A DNA stretch of 64,000 nt from Bugula neritina (lineage: Eukaryota > Animalia > Bryozoa): NCBI GenBank assembly GCA_964035545.1, contig OZ037773.1:5733751-5797750 (forward strand), given 5' to 3'. Below, piece after piece: positions 1-14,000 of the stretch. Each line of letters begins with the position of its first letter. Within the stretch, counting starts at the first letter, position 1. Made by a program: the position numbers and the translations under genes. The notes under the pieces are model-generated. The model saw only the letters and a list, made by a program, of their open reading frames with translations. It did no database searches and was not told the DNA's origin.

Positions 1-687
1 GAAATAGAATTTATGCAGCTGTGCTTTGTTTTGTCAGTTCAGATTTATTGCATTTTTTTTCTTTTACACAAGAGGAAATAGCACGAGAGCTTTAAGACAA
101 TAATTTGAAAATCTGTACTTTTCATGCATACAATTTTCTGTTTTAGTTGACTAGCATTTTCATTTATATGAATAAACATAACAAGCAATTGGAACCTAAA
201 GATTTTCACAACTTCAGGCATTAACGTCTTCTTGTTCTTACTTGATATTATAATACAAACTCTCTGCCTCCTAGAACTTTGATATAAGGATAGGAATTAT
301 GATATTTACTGAATTTACCTGCATGCGTGTCCTAAATTTAGATTCTTATGAATTTATTTTGTAACATCTGATCGACACCTTAATTATACCTTTGAAGATG
401 CTTGTCTTTCAAAATTATAGGATATATGTTGGCAGTCGATGTGACACTATGGTAGTTCAAATTAGTAAATCATTTTTATTAATACAAGGGACAGAAAACC
501 ATCAGCTATTACAATTGAAGGTGTGGCTAAAATCCATGACAAAGTGAAAAAATAGTTTAGCAGCACATGGCAAAAAGTACTCAGTGGCATCAAATGGTGA
601 CATTAAGAGCAGTATGACCTAAAACTAACCAATCAGCAGTACAATTGACAAATAGTATACAGCCAAGCTACTCAAAGCATTCTGTAA

Positions 688-770
688 AAACTTCTGCCCC
701 CACCGAGAATCAAACCGCAGACCTGTAGCTTGCAAGCCAGCGTGCTAACTGTTACACTATACAAGCTACT
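688..770 (-). mobile_element. Degenerate tRNA-like SINE head or tRNA pseudogene
   Basis: Minus strand reads TAGTGTAACAGTTAGCACGCTGGCTTGCAAGCTACAGGTCTGCGGTTTGATTCTC, with decayed A/B boxes and poor acceptor-stem pairing. Confidence 0.45.
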
Positions 771-3700
771 GGAGAATCTCTACACCACACATTCCCACTT
801 CCAAACAAAGTTGGATTTTCTAAATTATTATCATGTCATCAGTACTTACTCTAAAAATAATGCTGAAATAGTTGTTATAATAGACATACTTGCATGTGCT
901 GGGAACAGCTTTTTACTTGTACCCTTCAGTGGGTGTGCTCTTCGTGTTAGATAGTGTTGTAATCCAGCATTCGGCGATTGCTCTACTCTCTCTACCTCTT
1001 CTTCTATGTCTTGGATTTCCTGTTTGATCATGGTGTCCATGGGAAGGCAGGGTGATATTATGATGGTCCTTTTCATCTTCTTCTGCCTCCTTCTCTGATA
1101 CTTCATATTGACAAATAACACTATTGTGTCAGGTTGATTGGGCTTGGCCTCCTATAGCGAAATGGTGAATGAATAGTCAAGGTGGACATCTAATATTCAA
1201 GTTGTTTGCTTATGCAACACTACCCTATGCCTAGTGCCCTACCCTATGCCTAGTGCAAGTTTGGGTGATGCTCTTATAGAACTTGTTGAGGTTTCTAATG
1301 CTGATGGTGAATCCTCATTACAAAAGATACAAAAACATAAAAACTATTGGATTGTTTAATCCATTTGAAGTAATTGAAATTCAGGGCAAAACTTTAAAAC
1401 CCTGCTAGATACAAGAAGTTTTGACTTGCCTAAATGTTTAAGATTTGCAATCGTTTAATTCCAGCTTTCAGTTCAATCAAGAATTTCTAGCTGAGTCCTC
1501 AGCTACAGAAGTATTTCAAATCCTTAAATCATAGAATACTTTAGTCACTATGATTTAGACGTAGCTCTTTTTACGGTACTAGTGATTATAAACTACTACC
1601 TTAATATTGAGTAAACATGCTTATATAACTAGAAGTAGAATGGAACTGGTATTTAGTGATCAAATTCAGTCATTCATTGGTGACTCACGTGTTTATGAAA
1701 ATTGTACCTGTAGTTATTGATTACTTAACTATCCAATTGCTGGCTGGCAGCCCGTGAACACAATGGAAATTCAGATGATTTGTATGGCACAATTACCTGC
1801 TCCCATTCAATAAACTAAACTGGTTATGCACTTCGAAAAGAAATCCTAATCCGATGATAAATAGACTTATTTTAAAAATAGAGCATGAATCAACAATACC
1901 TCATTCCAATGGTGAAACGTTGCATGAAGAATAATAAGAAAATTTGGCTTATTTGGCTTTTAACGAACCAAACTTTTAGCACTAATCAATAAGGCGTATA
2001 TCAACAGTTAAGCTTACTAGCTTTATGAAAAATTGCAATATTTTAGTTAGAAAGTTTAGGAATTTAACTATTATATATGCATAGTCATGTCAGTAACCTG
2101 ACAAATGGAGTATAAGAACACCAAGAGGTAGTTAATCTTACTTAGGCAAATGAACACCATTGTGAGTAATGTGCATACTATGCACAGTTTCTAAATGCTC
2201 ACCAGTGCATGTAGAAAAATGTAGAAACATGTTATTGTATATGTCAAGCACTTGTAAAAGCTCACTCATACTTTTGGAGAACATTCAGTACTAACTGCTG
2301 TTAAAAGAAATGTAAATTAAAGAAATTTTGACTTCTTAAACTCTGAAATTAAAGCAGGTTTTATGGGGCTATATAGTTATTCAAACATCTTGAAAGCAAT
2401 GATACTGAAATAATTTCAAAGTTTAACTTCTACTGTTAAACTAAAAATATCTGATAAATGTTTTGTCTAACAAACGGTTGTGGGAGTAGATAAACATGGT
2501 AGCCTAAGTGTGCAATAGAAACCTACCTATAAAACTGTCAATAAAATTGTCAATTTTAACGTAAAGCTGTTAAGTCTTGAGTAATGGTCTACCTATGATT
2601 TAACTTTAATTTACATGGTTATATATAAAATACTAAACAGCTAGCTGCTTGCTACTATTCTGATTTCAATTCGAAACTGAAACTGAAAGTTTATTGTGTA
2701 TTCTAATACTCTAATGAGATATTTACTGTTTTTAAATTTGAGAATTTTTCCATTTGCAGTTTTCTAATGCTCACACTGTGCAGTAACAGTTTATTACCAG
2801 CTTATGAACAAGTATGGTTGCTTCGAGTTTTTACTGTACAGTGACATTGGATGCAACCTGCTATCCATTGTGCAACTTTTTAGTAAATAAAGCTTAACAT
2901 AGCAATAGCTTACCTGTGGTTGTAGTTCTTGAAGCTAACTATCCAATAGCTATCACCTATAAAGTCAGAATATTAGCTTTTGACTTGACTCTGGTAAATT
3001 CCTCTACTAAATGATTGATTTCCAGGTTTTCACTCTGCTCTAGTCAATAGCGTCATTCTTTCTGCTCATTCAAGCCTGTCACAACAATACTGCAATTCAT
3101 AAACCCCGCCAAACTAAGGCTTATTCAAACTTAAGGCCTGATAAGAATTGTTATGCTATGAAGAAATAATGCACTATTGTGAGCTAATATAGTTATCTAT
3201 ACACATGCCACGTTTAGTTGCAAACATGCTATTATCATTTTTCCTCCCCTGTTTAAGCATGGAGTTACTTTTCAAATCAACATTACAGTTTTAAATGAGG
3301 TTTTAAGAAATGTTCCAATAACTGATTAATGCCCAAGTAGCACCAATTGTGCAGCTTTTTTATGGCAAATTGTCTGCCGGATGAAAAGTAAATATGCAGA
3401 ACCAAAAAAAGTTTAATTTCTTTTGGTTTTCTATTCTTATTTTTTATAAATTTTACAAGTTAATAAATAAAGGTTTTGATGTAAAATAAGTACCTGCATA
3501 GTCGGAAGGCGGCGATAGTTTTTGCCAACACCAAGCGAAAGTTCTCACCTGTTTTAAGAATATGCGGAGAGCCCTTCCCGCCAGCTAGTACTGCCTATAG
3601 CTGCGGAGCAACTACTCTCATATTACCTTATCACGTAGCTATATTGAAATTAATCCAGTGTCAATAAAATATCTTGTCAACTTAAAATATCAAGCTTACT

Positions 3701-5531
3701 TACCTTATCTGCCAAACCTATAGCTTTTGTTTCACCAAATTGATAAAAACCCAATTGAACCGGCAAAGTGTTATAATATTGATGTTGGATATTAGGCTAA
3801 ATTTTGCAGATATGGTTTAAGTTTCTAAGCTTGAGTTATTCACTAGTGTTGATAAAACACAGAGATGAATTTTATTCCGAAGAGGTTATTAATAAACCTG
3901 TTCCTTTAAATCAAACCAATTTAAAGTTGCTGCAAATATTTCATGTGAATTGAAATTATTCTCCGTATAAATGCTCTTTTTTTTTAAAGATGAAATATTC
4001 CACATGAAAACCTTGTTTTGAATACTAAAGTGGAATTTAGAAAAATGAATAATAATGCATCAAGTCAAGTTTCTAAGCGGTTATTGTTGATATATAAAAA
4101 AAAGCTTTACGAACAATTTTTGTACTAAAAGGATGTGCATGTTGCACCTGTTTCACTAAAGTGTACAATGAGGTTTTTGATCATTATTTCAACAGTTATG
4201 GAAATTGATGTTGTTTTACTCTAGAGTCTAGGCTTTGTATCTTTTAATCTGTTAGCCAATGATACGCTCTATTTCAGTTTAAACGTATTCGCTGTAACTT
4301 TATGGCGATATTTTTTTATTTCTAGTCACTATTTTACTCAATCCATTAATTTTTAGAATGTAATATTTTTGACAAATGTTAGCTTAGCGTTCTATCTATG
4401 GTTTTATTTGTGCCAACAGTTTAGAGTTTGAATTCCATAGTTGCCTGTTTTCAAAAATTTCTAGTTACCTAATCAGAATGTTTTCAAAACGCCGGGTTTT
4501 TAAACAGCCGTACTCTGATTGGCAGACATTACATATTTATGCACAAACAAACATATTTAAGGTAACTTAATAAAGATTGCATAAGATGTTTTTATTTTGT
4601 CTGAATACATAAGCTTTGCTAGCTAGAAAATTTATGTGTGAAAAACAACAGCAGTGAATAAAATGGCTGGTTCTCATGATAAAACATAAGTAAAGTAAAA
4701 CTTCAATTACTGGATTGACTCTCTCTAAACTTAGTGGAAAGTAAAATAAGGTACTATAGCTTTATGACTCAACAGTCGATAACGGCATACTTCAGATAAG
4801 CAACTGGCGATAAGCATACAGTCAATATTCTATTTGCACATTTACTTCCCGGTGATATTGATGTGATATCGTGTAGTATTGAATCATGACTCAAGCTTTT
4901 GATACTGCATAGTACTTGGAATTGTTTAAAGCCTGCCCCATTGTTTTGTTGAAAATAAGTCATTTGTTTGTAATTAATTACCGTTGCTACAATAGTAATG
5001 GCACTCGAGTGCTGTATTTTCTTTCGATTTTTTCTAATGTAACAGTTCAATGCAACACTACATACCTATTGCTACCTGCTCATGTTAGAAAGCATCTGAA
5101 ATTTTAGCCCCAACTAGTTCAATATCAAAATCTTCATATTCACGGTTATCAATAAAAAATGGGTCTGTAATCTTTGCAAGCTAAGTGTCTGGTTTGCATG
5201 TTGTGAGAGAACTTATTGCTAAGGGTATTAACATAAGCAACAATTTGATATCCGAGCAGAAATCTGATAGATGACAAGAAGAGAACAAAGCCTATGGCTC
5301 ACATCATTGCCTTCTTTTTATTGGCATATTAAAATGCTCAGGCATACATAATATTACATGACTATAAGCACATTCCATAAGCTCAAAGCGCCATTCCGCT
5401 TAAATTGGAACATGTTGTTTTTTGAAGCTACAAATCACTTTATTTTGCCAACATTTGGCAACCTCCAGCACCTGACTAGTCCAAAACAACTAGTAATCAG
5501 GTAGCAAATTATGTTGGAAGCATTCTAAATC

Positions 5532-5735
5532 GTAAAAAACCTCATGTAAGTCTATAGTCACCATCCCTGTGAGAACCCCTGATGAAAAAGTTTTTTTTTG
5601 TTAAATCGGGCTAAGGACTTATTTAGAATGGATGCCCTTCCTAACTAACATCACCAATGGCCTTTGTAGGGTTTGAATCCATGACATAGTGCCTACTAAG
5701 CAAACGCCCTAACTCTTAGACCACGGCTGTTCCCT
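5532..5735 (-). mobile_element. tRNA-derived SINE family 1, copy 1
   Basis: Homologous to 13330-13543, 29940-30155 and 45401-45625. Flanked by a 14-bp TSD AAGCATTCTAAATC (5518-5531 / 5736-5749). Confidence 0.85.
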
Positions 5736-7598
5736 AAGCATTCTAAATCATAGCTGCATACAATTTTAAGCTGTTATATTGTTTAATTTGGAACTACTAA
5801 CCTTTCACCAGCTCTATAACTGACAATTCTTTACGGTAAGAGCTTAACATTAATAATTACACAGATACAAGTAGTGTTTATTGACAAATTTGCTTTTTCA
5901 CCTAACAGAAATGTGACAAATAGCACCTCCATGATATAACACTTTCTTTAAATGGCATTTTTGGACTATTTCACAACTTGCTTCAATGTAGTTGAGTAAT
6001 GTAAGCACACATTAATCATTTAAGCTGGATATATGATAATAAATAACCTCAGCTGTTAGCTTGGCTATGAATAGACGTATTCTGAGTCATGCTTCATCGA
6101 TAGGGATAGATCCTTTCCCCTAATATACAAGTTATACAAACTAGTGGAAGAAAGGTGTAAAAAGCTATCTCATTTTCAAACAAAATAGCCGTACAAATGA
6201 CAAAACAACCATGCAGTGTTACAACAGATATAATGGTGCAGGTTGTTTGCAAGATGTTGTTGAAACAATTTGCATTAATACACAGGTACTTGCTACTACA
6301 ACCTTTATGTCCTCTGTAGCCGTAGAAAAGCCATTCCCAAACTTTTCGTGTCCAAGTGGTAATAATCTGCTTTTATCCTTCACCTTTGTCATTTGCTTTT
6401 TAAAAAGTAGCTGAATTGGTAGCGGAGATGGGGGGGGGTGGAAGATTGATACTTTAAAAAACTGTCTAATCTTGCCAAATTTGCAAATGTGTAACTGAAT
6501 GTACAGATACACTCTTATTTAAGAAAATTAAAACTTGTCCTTTTTACATAGAACTTGCCCTAGCTCTGTATTTTATCTAAAAAGTGGTCAACACACATGC
6601 TTCTAATGTCGCTCAGAATTTACTAATAAGTTTAAATAGGAGCTGGTTGGAAATTATAAATTATATCACTATAATTGTATGTTTTTCAGAGTATTTTTGT
6701 TCTTGGAATAATATTTTTTATTATAAATTGATCTAATAAAAAATGTCTTTTTTTGTGGCAGTAAAATGCCCGTATAACAGGTAGATTATATGTTTTGTAA
6801 TACGCTGATTATTTCCAAAAAACTACAAATATGATTGTAACTAATAATTAATCTGTGATGTTTTTTTTTTGTAAAAAACTAAGTCTGATTTTTCCGGCTT
6901 AATGTCTTGTAATATTGAGGTAATATTTGCTCAACAGATTTCGCTGATCATTGTTGCTTACTATAAGCACATTAAAGCTGGAAACTGCGCTACACCGCCC
7001 ACTATTTTAATACCCTGCTGGACTAATACCCTCCTTTGTCATAATATGATTAGAGTAATTGTTTTAAACTGAAATTTAGGCAAAAAAAATTTTAATGCTA
7101 CTGTCTGAAAATGCATCTTTCATTTTGATTTTAAGGTGTTTAACCAAAAAGTTCGAATGGTTCCTCTTTTTTAGTTAAAATGTCTTCCTAATTACTTATT
7201 ATTTCCAATTAGCACGAATTAACCAGAGCTATCAGATCCAGTATGTGTATGCTAGCTAGTTGATCACAAAATTTATGCACAGAAACTTATTTTCATGTCA
7301 AGACCCCTTCGAGTTGTGTCACAGTTGGTCACCATTAAATTATGTAAGTTTTCCTAGTTGAGTAATTGATCATAACATGGCAACATGCAAAGTTTTTTAT
7401 TCTGTATATTATCGGTTTTGTCATCCTTCATTTACATATTTCTACAACTCATTACCAAACCGGAGATTTTAACTTTAATCATGAAATAAAAGGCTTTAAG
7501 ACCTAGTAATGTCAAATATAGGCTCTTGCCCTTTTAGCTGCTCTTTTGTCTATGTATTGTATCCAATTTTCTGTGAAGAGTTTTGTATTGTAATGTGT

Positions 7599-7906
7599 GT
7601 ATATATACAGTAGGTTATGTGTATATACAGTAAGTTATGTGTATATACAGTAAGTTATGTGTATATACAGTAAGTTATGTGTATATACAGTAAGTTATGT
7701 GTATATACAGTAAGTTATGTGTATATACAGTAAGTTATGTGTATATACAGTAAGTTATGTGTATATACAGTAGGTTATGTGTATATATAGTAAGTTATGT
7801 GTATATACAGTAAGTTATGTGTATATACAGTAAGTTATGTGTATATACAGTAAGTTATGTGTATATACAGTAAGTTATGTGTATATACAGTAGGTTATGT
7901 GTATAT
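7599..7906. repeat. 20-bp minisatellite (GTATATACAGTAAGTTATGT), about 15 copies
   Basis: Near-perfect tandem array read directly. Confidence 0.97.
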
Positions 7907-8036
7907 TATGCAAAAAGTCAGAATTTGAGATGCATTTAGCTGATAAAGCATGACTTATTAAATCTAACGTGGAATGCAGGAAAAGAATTCATTACAAGTG
8001 TACATCTCACTGAGGGTGTTGTGTTTCTTCTTGCAG

Positions 8037-11000
8037 CAGATCTCCCAGCATCAGGATTCTGGTTCCAGGAGCTGGTCTGGGAAGGTTGGCGCACGAGATT
8101 GCCAGACTCGGTTTCACCTGCCAGGGGAATGAGTGGAGTTTCTACATGCTGTGTGCCGCCCACTTCGTCATCAACAGGTTCTCTACACTTCACTTCCTGT
8201 AGCTGGTTCTTGTACACGATAATTGTATTTCACCAAGCTTATGATTTCTAATGCTGATTTAGGTTTAAAAATGTTGAAAACTGAGGTAGATGAAGTAAAC
8301 ATGCAAGGTTGAGTTTTTACTTAAGACTCAGGCCCTTTCCTTAAAGCCTTCTTATAGTATCATGTGATCAGGGAGGGCTATAGGGTCACCCTTAGGAATT
8401 CAAGTGGGACACTAGGCTATGGCTGATACTGTTGACTAGGCTATTCACTGGACCTGGACTGGTGTCTCGTGTATTATTCTACTTATAATATTAACCGAAG
8501 ATGACACAACCCTATTATCAGCATGTGGAATGCTCTCTTATGAAACTAAATGATAATCATTGGGATAAATACTTTACAAAGTTCAACTGTCCTTTCTATC
8601 AGTTGCCCCATCTCTACGCTAACTCGGGTATTGAATATTGAACACCCAGTAGACATTGGAGCACAGCGGAAGGCACCTGGGGTGCAAGTTGAGTTCATGC
8701 AGCTGGCAATACTACTGCTCCATAGTTTGGCAACACTCTTCAAACCCGTGCGCCATTTTCAACTGAGGAACATATGATGTCATTGAAAACTCTTATCAGT
8801 TGAGGCTCTACAACCACTTTCTTTAGTTATCGGACACTTGGGCGAGACACTCAGTATGAGTCATAGCGACATAATGTATGCTGCCATGGCTGCTGACCCA
8901 CCAACAATGTAAGAAGAGATATCAACAGTACGTGCTGTTTGTTCTGACTCATCACGAGGGCCCTCTCGCTATGGGATTGCTCTCAAAGTCCCTCGATTGA
9001 CACATTTACACCCCTGAGATAGCACTTCTCAGCATAATAAAATGTAGCGTAAATATAATTTAGTTTTATAAATAGAGGAGTCCTTGAACTTCTCAACATG
9101 AAACAAATGGTTCTATAAAACTGCTGGATGGAACATTCACTGTTCACTTGCTGGAATCTAATTTCTCGCATCCGAATATTGCTATGCCTTTCAACTTTCC
9201 AATTGTTCTGTACATCTGTGGCAGGTAGATGTGTCCTTGACATTGCTGTCACCATATCACTGTGACCTCATAAACTAAGGGGATAGTAGGAAGAAGCTAG
9301 CCTGAGAGTGAACAGAAAACAGCTATGGATTACCATCTCTGTTTGTGGTGGTTGTCCAGTTACCTCCACCTTCCTCGGTATACAACATGTCCTAGTATGC
9401 ATACAACTATTTCCACAAACATCTATGTTGTTGTAATGTCTGGTTATAGTAACAGTTGATTGATGGCCGTAGTATCTTCCACTCTACTTAGTCATTCTTT
9501 CTTCACGCCATCTTGACTTTGTCTTAGTATGACTCACAGCACACCTGAGTGGCGAGTTTCTTCTAGTAGTTTTAACTTTAGGCAATGTCACCCCCCTCCC
9601 TCCCCTCTCTCTCATATAGTGAATAGAACTCTAGTTTAATATTTGTTTATGTGGAGATAACTTCTACTCCTACTTGCTACATCTACTACACTGGAGTCAA
9701 TTTCTGATGGACAAGGATTTGTGATGAATAAACTTTATTGTATGGTCTGAGGATAATAGAGTCAATGGTGTAGGTTTCATAATCAGATTATTTGATAATG
9801 TGAATAGTCCTTCATGTGAATAAATGATGAATACTGATGTTGAACTGTACTGAAAGTGCTGTGCTGTGTTATATCAAGTGTTGAAGTTTGGCAGACGTTG
9901 CTCGGTGTTGCCAGGTGCACCAGGCTGGTCTCTAGTCATAGGCGTGTGCTCTCTGCGCTTACCAATGCCTCCTGGTCTCAACCCCTCCCCCTGAATATGT
10001 GTCCCTATGTAATGACAGGTTTATATAAATCACGGCCTGGCTAAAAAGTCTTTGATCTTAAGGTTCAACATCTAGGACTAGTTTGTTATTATTTCATTGG
10101 TTTTGATTATAATTTTGGTAACATCGAAAGGTAGCATTCATGGTCTAGTGGTAAGATCGGTGGCATAGTGTGCCAGGTCAAGGGTTCGAGTCCCGTAAGG
10201 GCTATTGGTTATCTCAAGAGAATCTTCTGGTCCTGATCACTCCTGTGTCACCACAAAAACCTGCCAACCTTGCAGCCAACATATTGAAAGGCGCTGTCTT
10301 AGCCTGTTTAAACCCCCTCCTATCAGGAGTTTGTTTGTTTGTTTTTATTTTGTCGTAGTCGGGAAAAAATTAATTGAGAAAAAATAAACAAAATGACAGG
10401 GCCTATGGCGCAATAGCACTGTAGCTAGTCGAGGCACCGAGTTCTCACAGAGGTGAATACTTTGTAAAGGAGGCCTGGTTGTATGCATAATAGTTATAAT
10501 GAAAGTTGTGTATGGAATCATATGACAGGTAAAAGGAAACTCTTTTGAATATCAGGAACTCGGGTGGAAAAGCTGTCCTGTTTTCCTCCAGTCATACCAA
10601 TTTAAAAATATCTCATTTAAAAAGCTGCGTAGCCTATCAGCTAACGGTACTCTGCTCTGAAGTATGCGAGTTATCCTGCTTTTCAAAACTCAATTCTCCA
10701 TGAAAGCTCATAAATCATAGTAGTTTTACACATTATTTACACCAAGAGGTGTTGAAAGGTTGAAAATCTCTGGAACCACAAATCACACTTTATTTGAGGA
10801 CGTGACAGATGCAGCCTAAACATTGCAACATGACTTAAAGTCAATATAATATAGAGCATCCTTCCATCAAATGGTAAATTCTCTCCCTAATGTATACCTT
10901 CAGGACCTCTTTGCTGGATACCATTTGTTTACCATTCATCATCCTATGAATCACCTTTCGTCATATAAAAGCTGATTGATTCAGTCATTATATCTCCTGT

Positions 11001-14000
11001 GTAATATTTGTGGTATGTTTACTATTCCAATGCTAATTTTATACTTTGTAGTGTCATGGTTACCTGTGCAAACTATTACTACTACTAGATTTACAGTTGT
11101 ATGCATCAACCACTCCTTAATCTAAAAACTCAATATGAATTCACAGGGATATGCTTTAGGACTTATTTTCTACATGTTTGCTATTTCTGCTTCACGTGTT
11201 TCCTTTATTTATAGTCAATTGTTATGGGAAATAGTTTCATGTTTCTGCTGGAGGTTATATGATTGTCAGTGTGAATTATGTGCGCTGATTTTAATAGAAA
11301 CATCTCTCTTTTTTGACATGTTTATAGATTTCAGCACGTAGCTCAGGGCCAATCAAATTGATATATGTGTGATTTTTCAGATTCCAATGCAGTTATTCAA
11401 TTGATTTATCTAGAAGCTCACAGTCTAGTCTGTTGCTGTTGTTAACAGGTGCGACAGAGTTGGCCAGTATACACTGTATCCGTGGGTACACCAGTACAAC
11501 AATAACAAAACCCGGGCCAATCAGCTTCAGTCCTGTACCTTCCCCGACAAGAACCCGAGTAACATGCCACCCGGTTCCAATTTCAGCATGGCCGCTGGGG
11601 ACTTCATGGAGGTTTACACTGAGCCAGGTAAACATCTGACGGCTGGACGCCATACTCAGGCTACAGCTTCTCTACCTTATCGCCACTTTCCAGTAAGTTG
11701 TAAGCTTCTGGCAAGCTCCAGGAAATTAGAAATGAATGTCACATGACGTTTTACAGTTAGTCATAGAGATCTTTATGAAACCCATGGAGAAAAAATATTT
11801 TAAGATATATTCAATATTTTCATGAAACTTATGAAAAACCAGTCATTTGTTTGAAAATATTAGTTTTGTAAATCAGAATTATAGAATTGCACATGGTGGG
11901 GGGAGGTGGGGAAGGGGAAGGGGGATGCTATTGTAGGCTTGAAATTCGTTTGTAATTCATGCAGTCTTATACTGTAGTTTCCTAGTTTGGGAGTTGTTCT
12001 ACCTTGTTCTCTGCAGTAAATTTAGACCCAAAAAGCAATTAAAATGCCTTGTTTCTATTTGATGGGGTAAAACATTATATTTGGCTCTCACATTGAATCT
12101 AAACTTTTTCAAACAAAACATAAATAAACCAAAACTACTAAACAGAAGCAAACAAGCTCTAATTTTGCTTAGTCATTGTTGTGATTCGGCATTTGATTAG
12201 TCATTGTAATTTGTTAATCAAAGTATTGCTACTACAGACTATAGTTTCACAATTACATTAAGTAAGGGTGTATATTATATATGACTTAAGGTACAGCCTT
12301 ATGTATGCAGTATGAACAGTACTTATTTGATGTTATACTTGAAGTTACCCCATCCTCATACATTTACTATTTTATGCAATTTTGACAGTCTTGCTTGATT
12401 CTTCTTCCTTAGTTTAGTAGACAGCCACCATTCAGTGTTGGAACTGGGTACTTTTTAAAACTTCTGAAGTTACCTCTGCGTTCAGAATGACTATATAGTA
12501 TTACTAGTCAGTTACTGTGTACTGTAGCTTTCAGTATGACTACTAATACTTACTCAATGACTATTAGCTCTCAGTACTACTGCTACTATTCACTGTAACT
12601 GTTAGTACTCAGTATAACTACTAGTAATCAGTACGACTTCAGTACACAGAGTCACTATTAGTACTCAGTTTGACTTTTAACTCACAGGGTCACTGCTAGT
12701 TTACAGTATGACTTTTAGTTCATAGAAATACAATTAGCTATTCATCACATGCTTGACTATAGACCTTTATAGTACGTTTCATGTCTAGAATATAAAGCTG
12801 TGGAAATATGTGGATAATTTATGCAAGTTTCCTTCAAGTGCGTTTCTGACAATAATTTCCTGTCCATGCATAGCTGCATCTGGTAGTTGGTAAGGGTGTC
12901 AAATTGCAAAGATACATGACCGAGGCTCTGGTACTTGTAAAGTTAATAAATTCATGAGCCCTTGTAATTATGTATAGTATTTTACCACTCTACACTATAC
13001 AGAGTTTATACTCTATAGGGTGATTTATCATATACCCACTTACAGTAAAATAGATTTTAAAAGATATTTTTAGCAATCTGTATGGCATATTTATAATGCA
13101 GGAGTCATGTATGATATTTGTGTAGATAAGCTTTTGTCACTATGCCATTGGGAAGTCATCAATTCAAATTAATGATTGCTTATTGCTGTGTCGGGATAGT
13201 CATGATTGCACAATAATTGTTAGTCATTTGAAAGGTGATGATGGCTGGTTTGCCTTTTCTTGCATGTGCCATATGGCCGGCGGGTTATAATATCATACTG
13301 AGAGTTTCTCCTGATTTGTCTATCCCATCGGATAGCAACCTTGGTCTAGGGGGTCAGAGCGATTGCCTAGTAAGCACCAAGTCATGGGTTCGAACCCCAT
13401 TAAAGACCATTGGTGATGTTAGCAAGAGCATCCAGTCATAATTGCTCCTGTGCCCCATCTGAATAAGTCCTTAGCCTGATTTAACAAAAACTCCTTCCAT
13501 CAGGGTTTCTCACAAAGATGGTGACTATGAACTTGCGTGAGTTTATCTATTCCATCAAATCTCTTAGGAAACTCATGTGTTGAAGTTTCAAATGTTTTAT
13601 ATAATTCTATTCTAAGCAACATGAAAGACAGATACTTGGCACTCTGCCCACACCAATTACAAAACTATGTTTTTGCAATTAATATTGATATACTATGACT
13701 TGGTCTTTCAAAGCAAAATAAATTAGCTATTAGTTTTTAACCCTATATAATATTCTAATTTCTTTGTTAGTTATGTTAACAAGAAAACTAATTGAAATTT
13801 AAATTAAAACATGTTGCAATTTTCTCCACCTTAATATGAAATTGTGTCTCCTTACAAAACCCAGCTTACATTAGTCATAGCAGTGTAATTATTTTCTTTG
13901 GAGTTATTTACTCTTTATAAAAGATGATAACTCCAAAGAATATGAAATTTTATTAATTATTAGGAACAGTGTCTTTTGGCCATTGGTAGTTGCAAGTATG

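Noticed and set aside
10130-10205. Possible functional tRNA gene (also 688-770 and the SINE heads)
   Set aside because: Acceptor and anticodon stems do not pair properly, and the sequence continues into a SINE-type body and tail.
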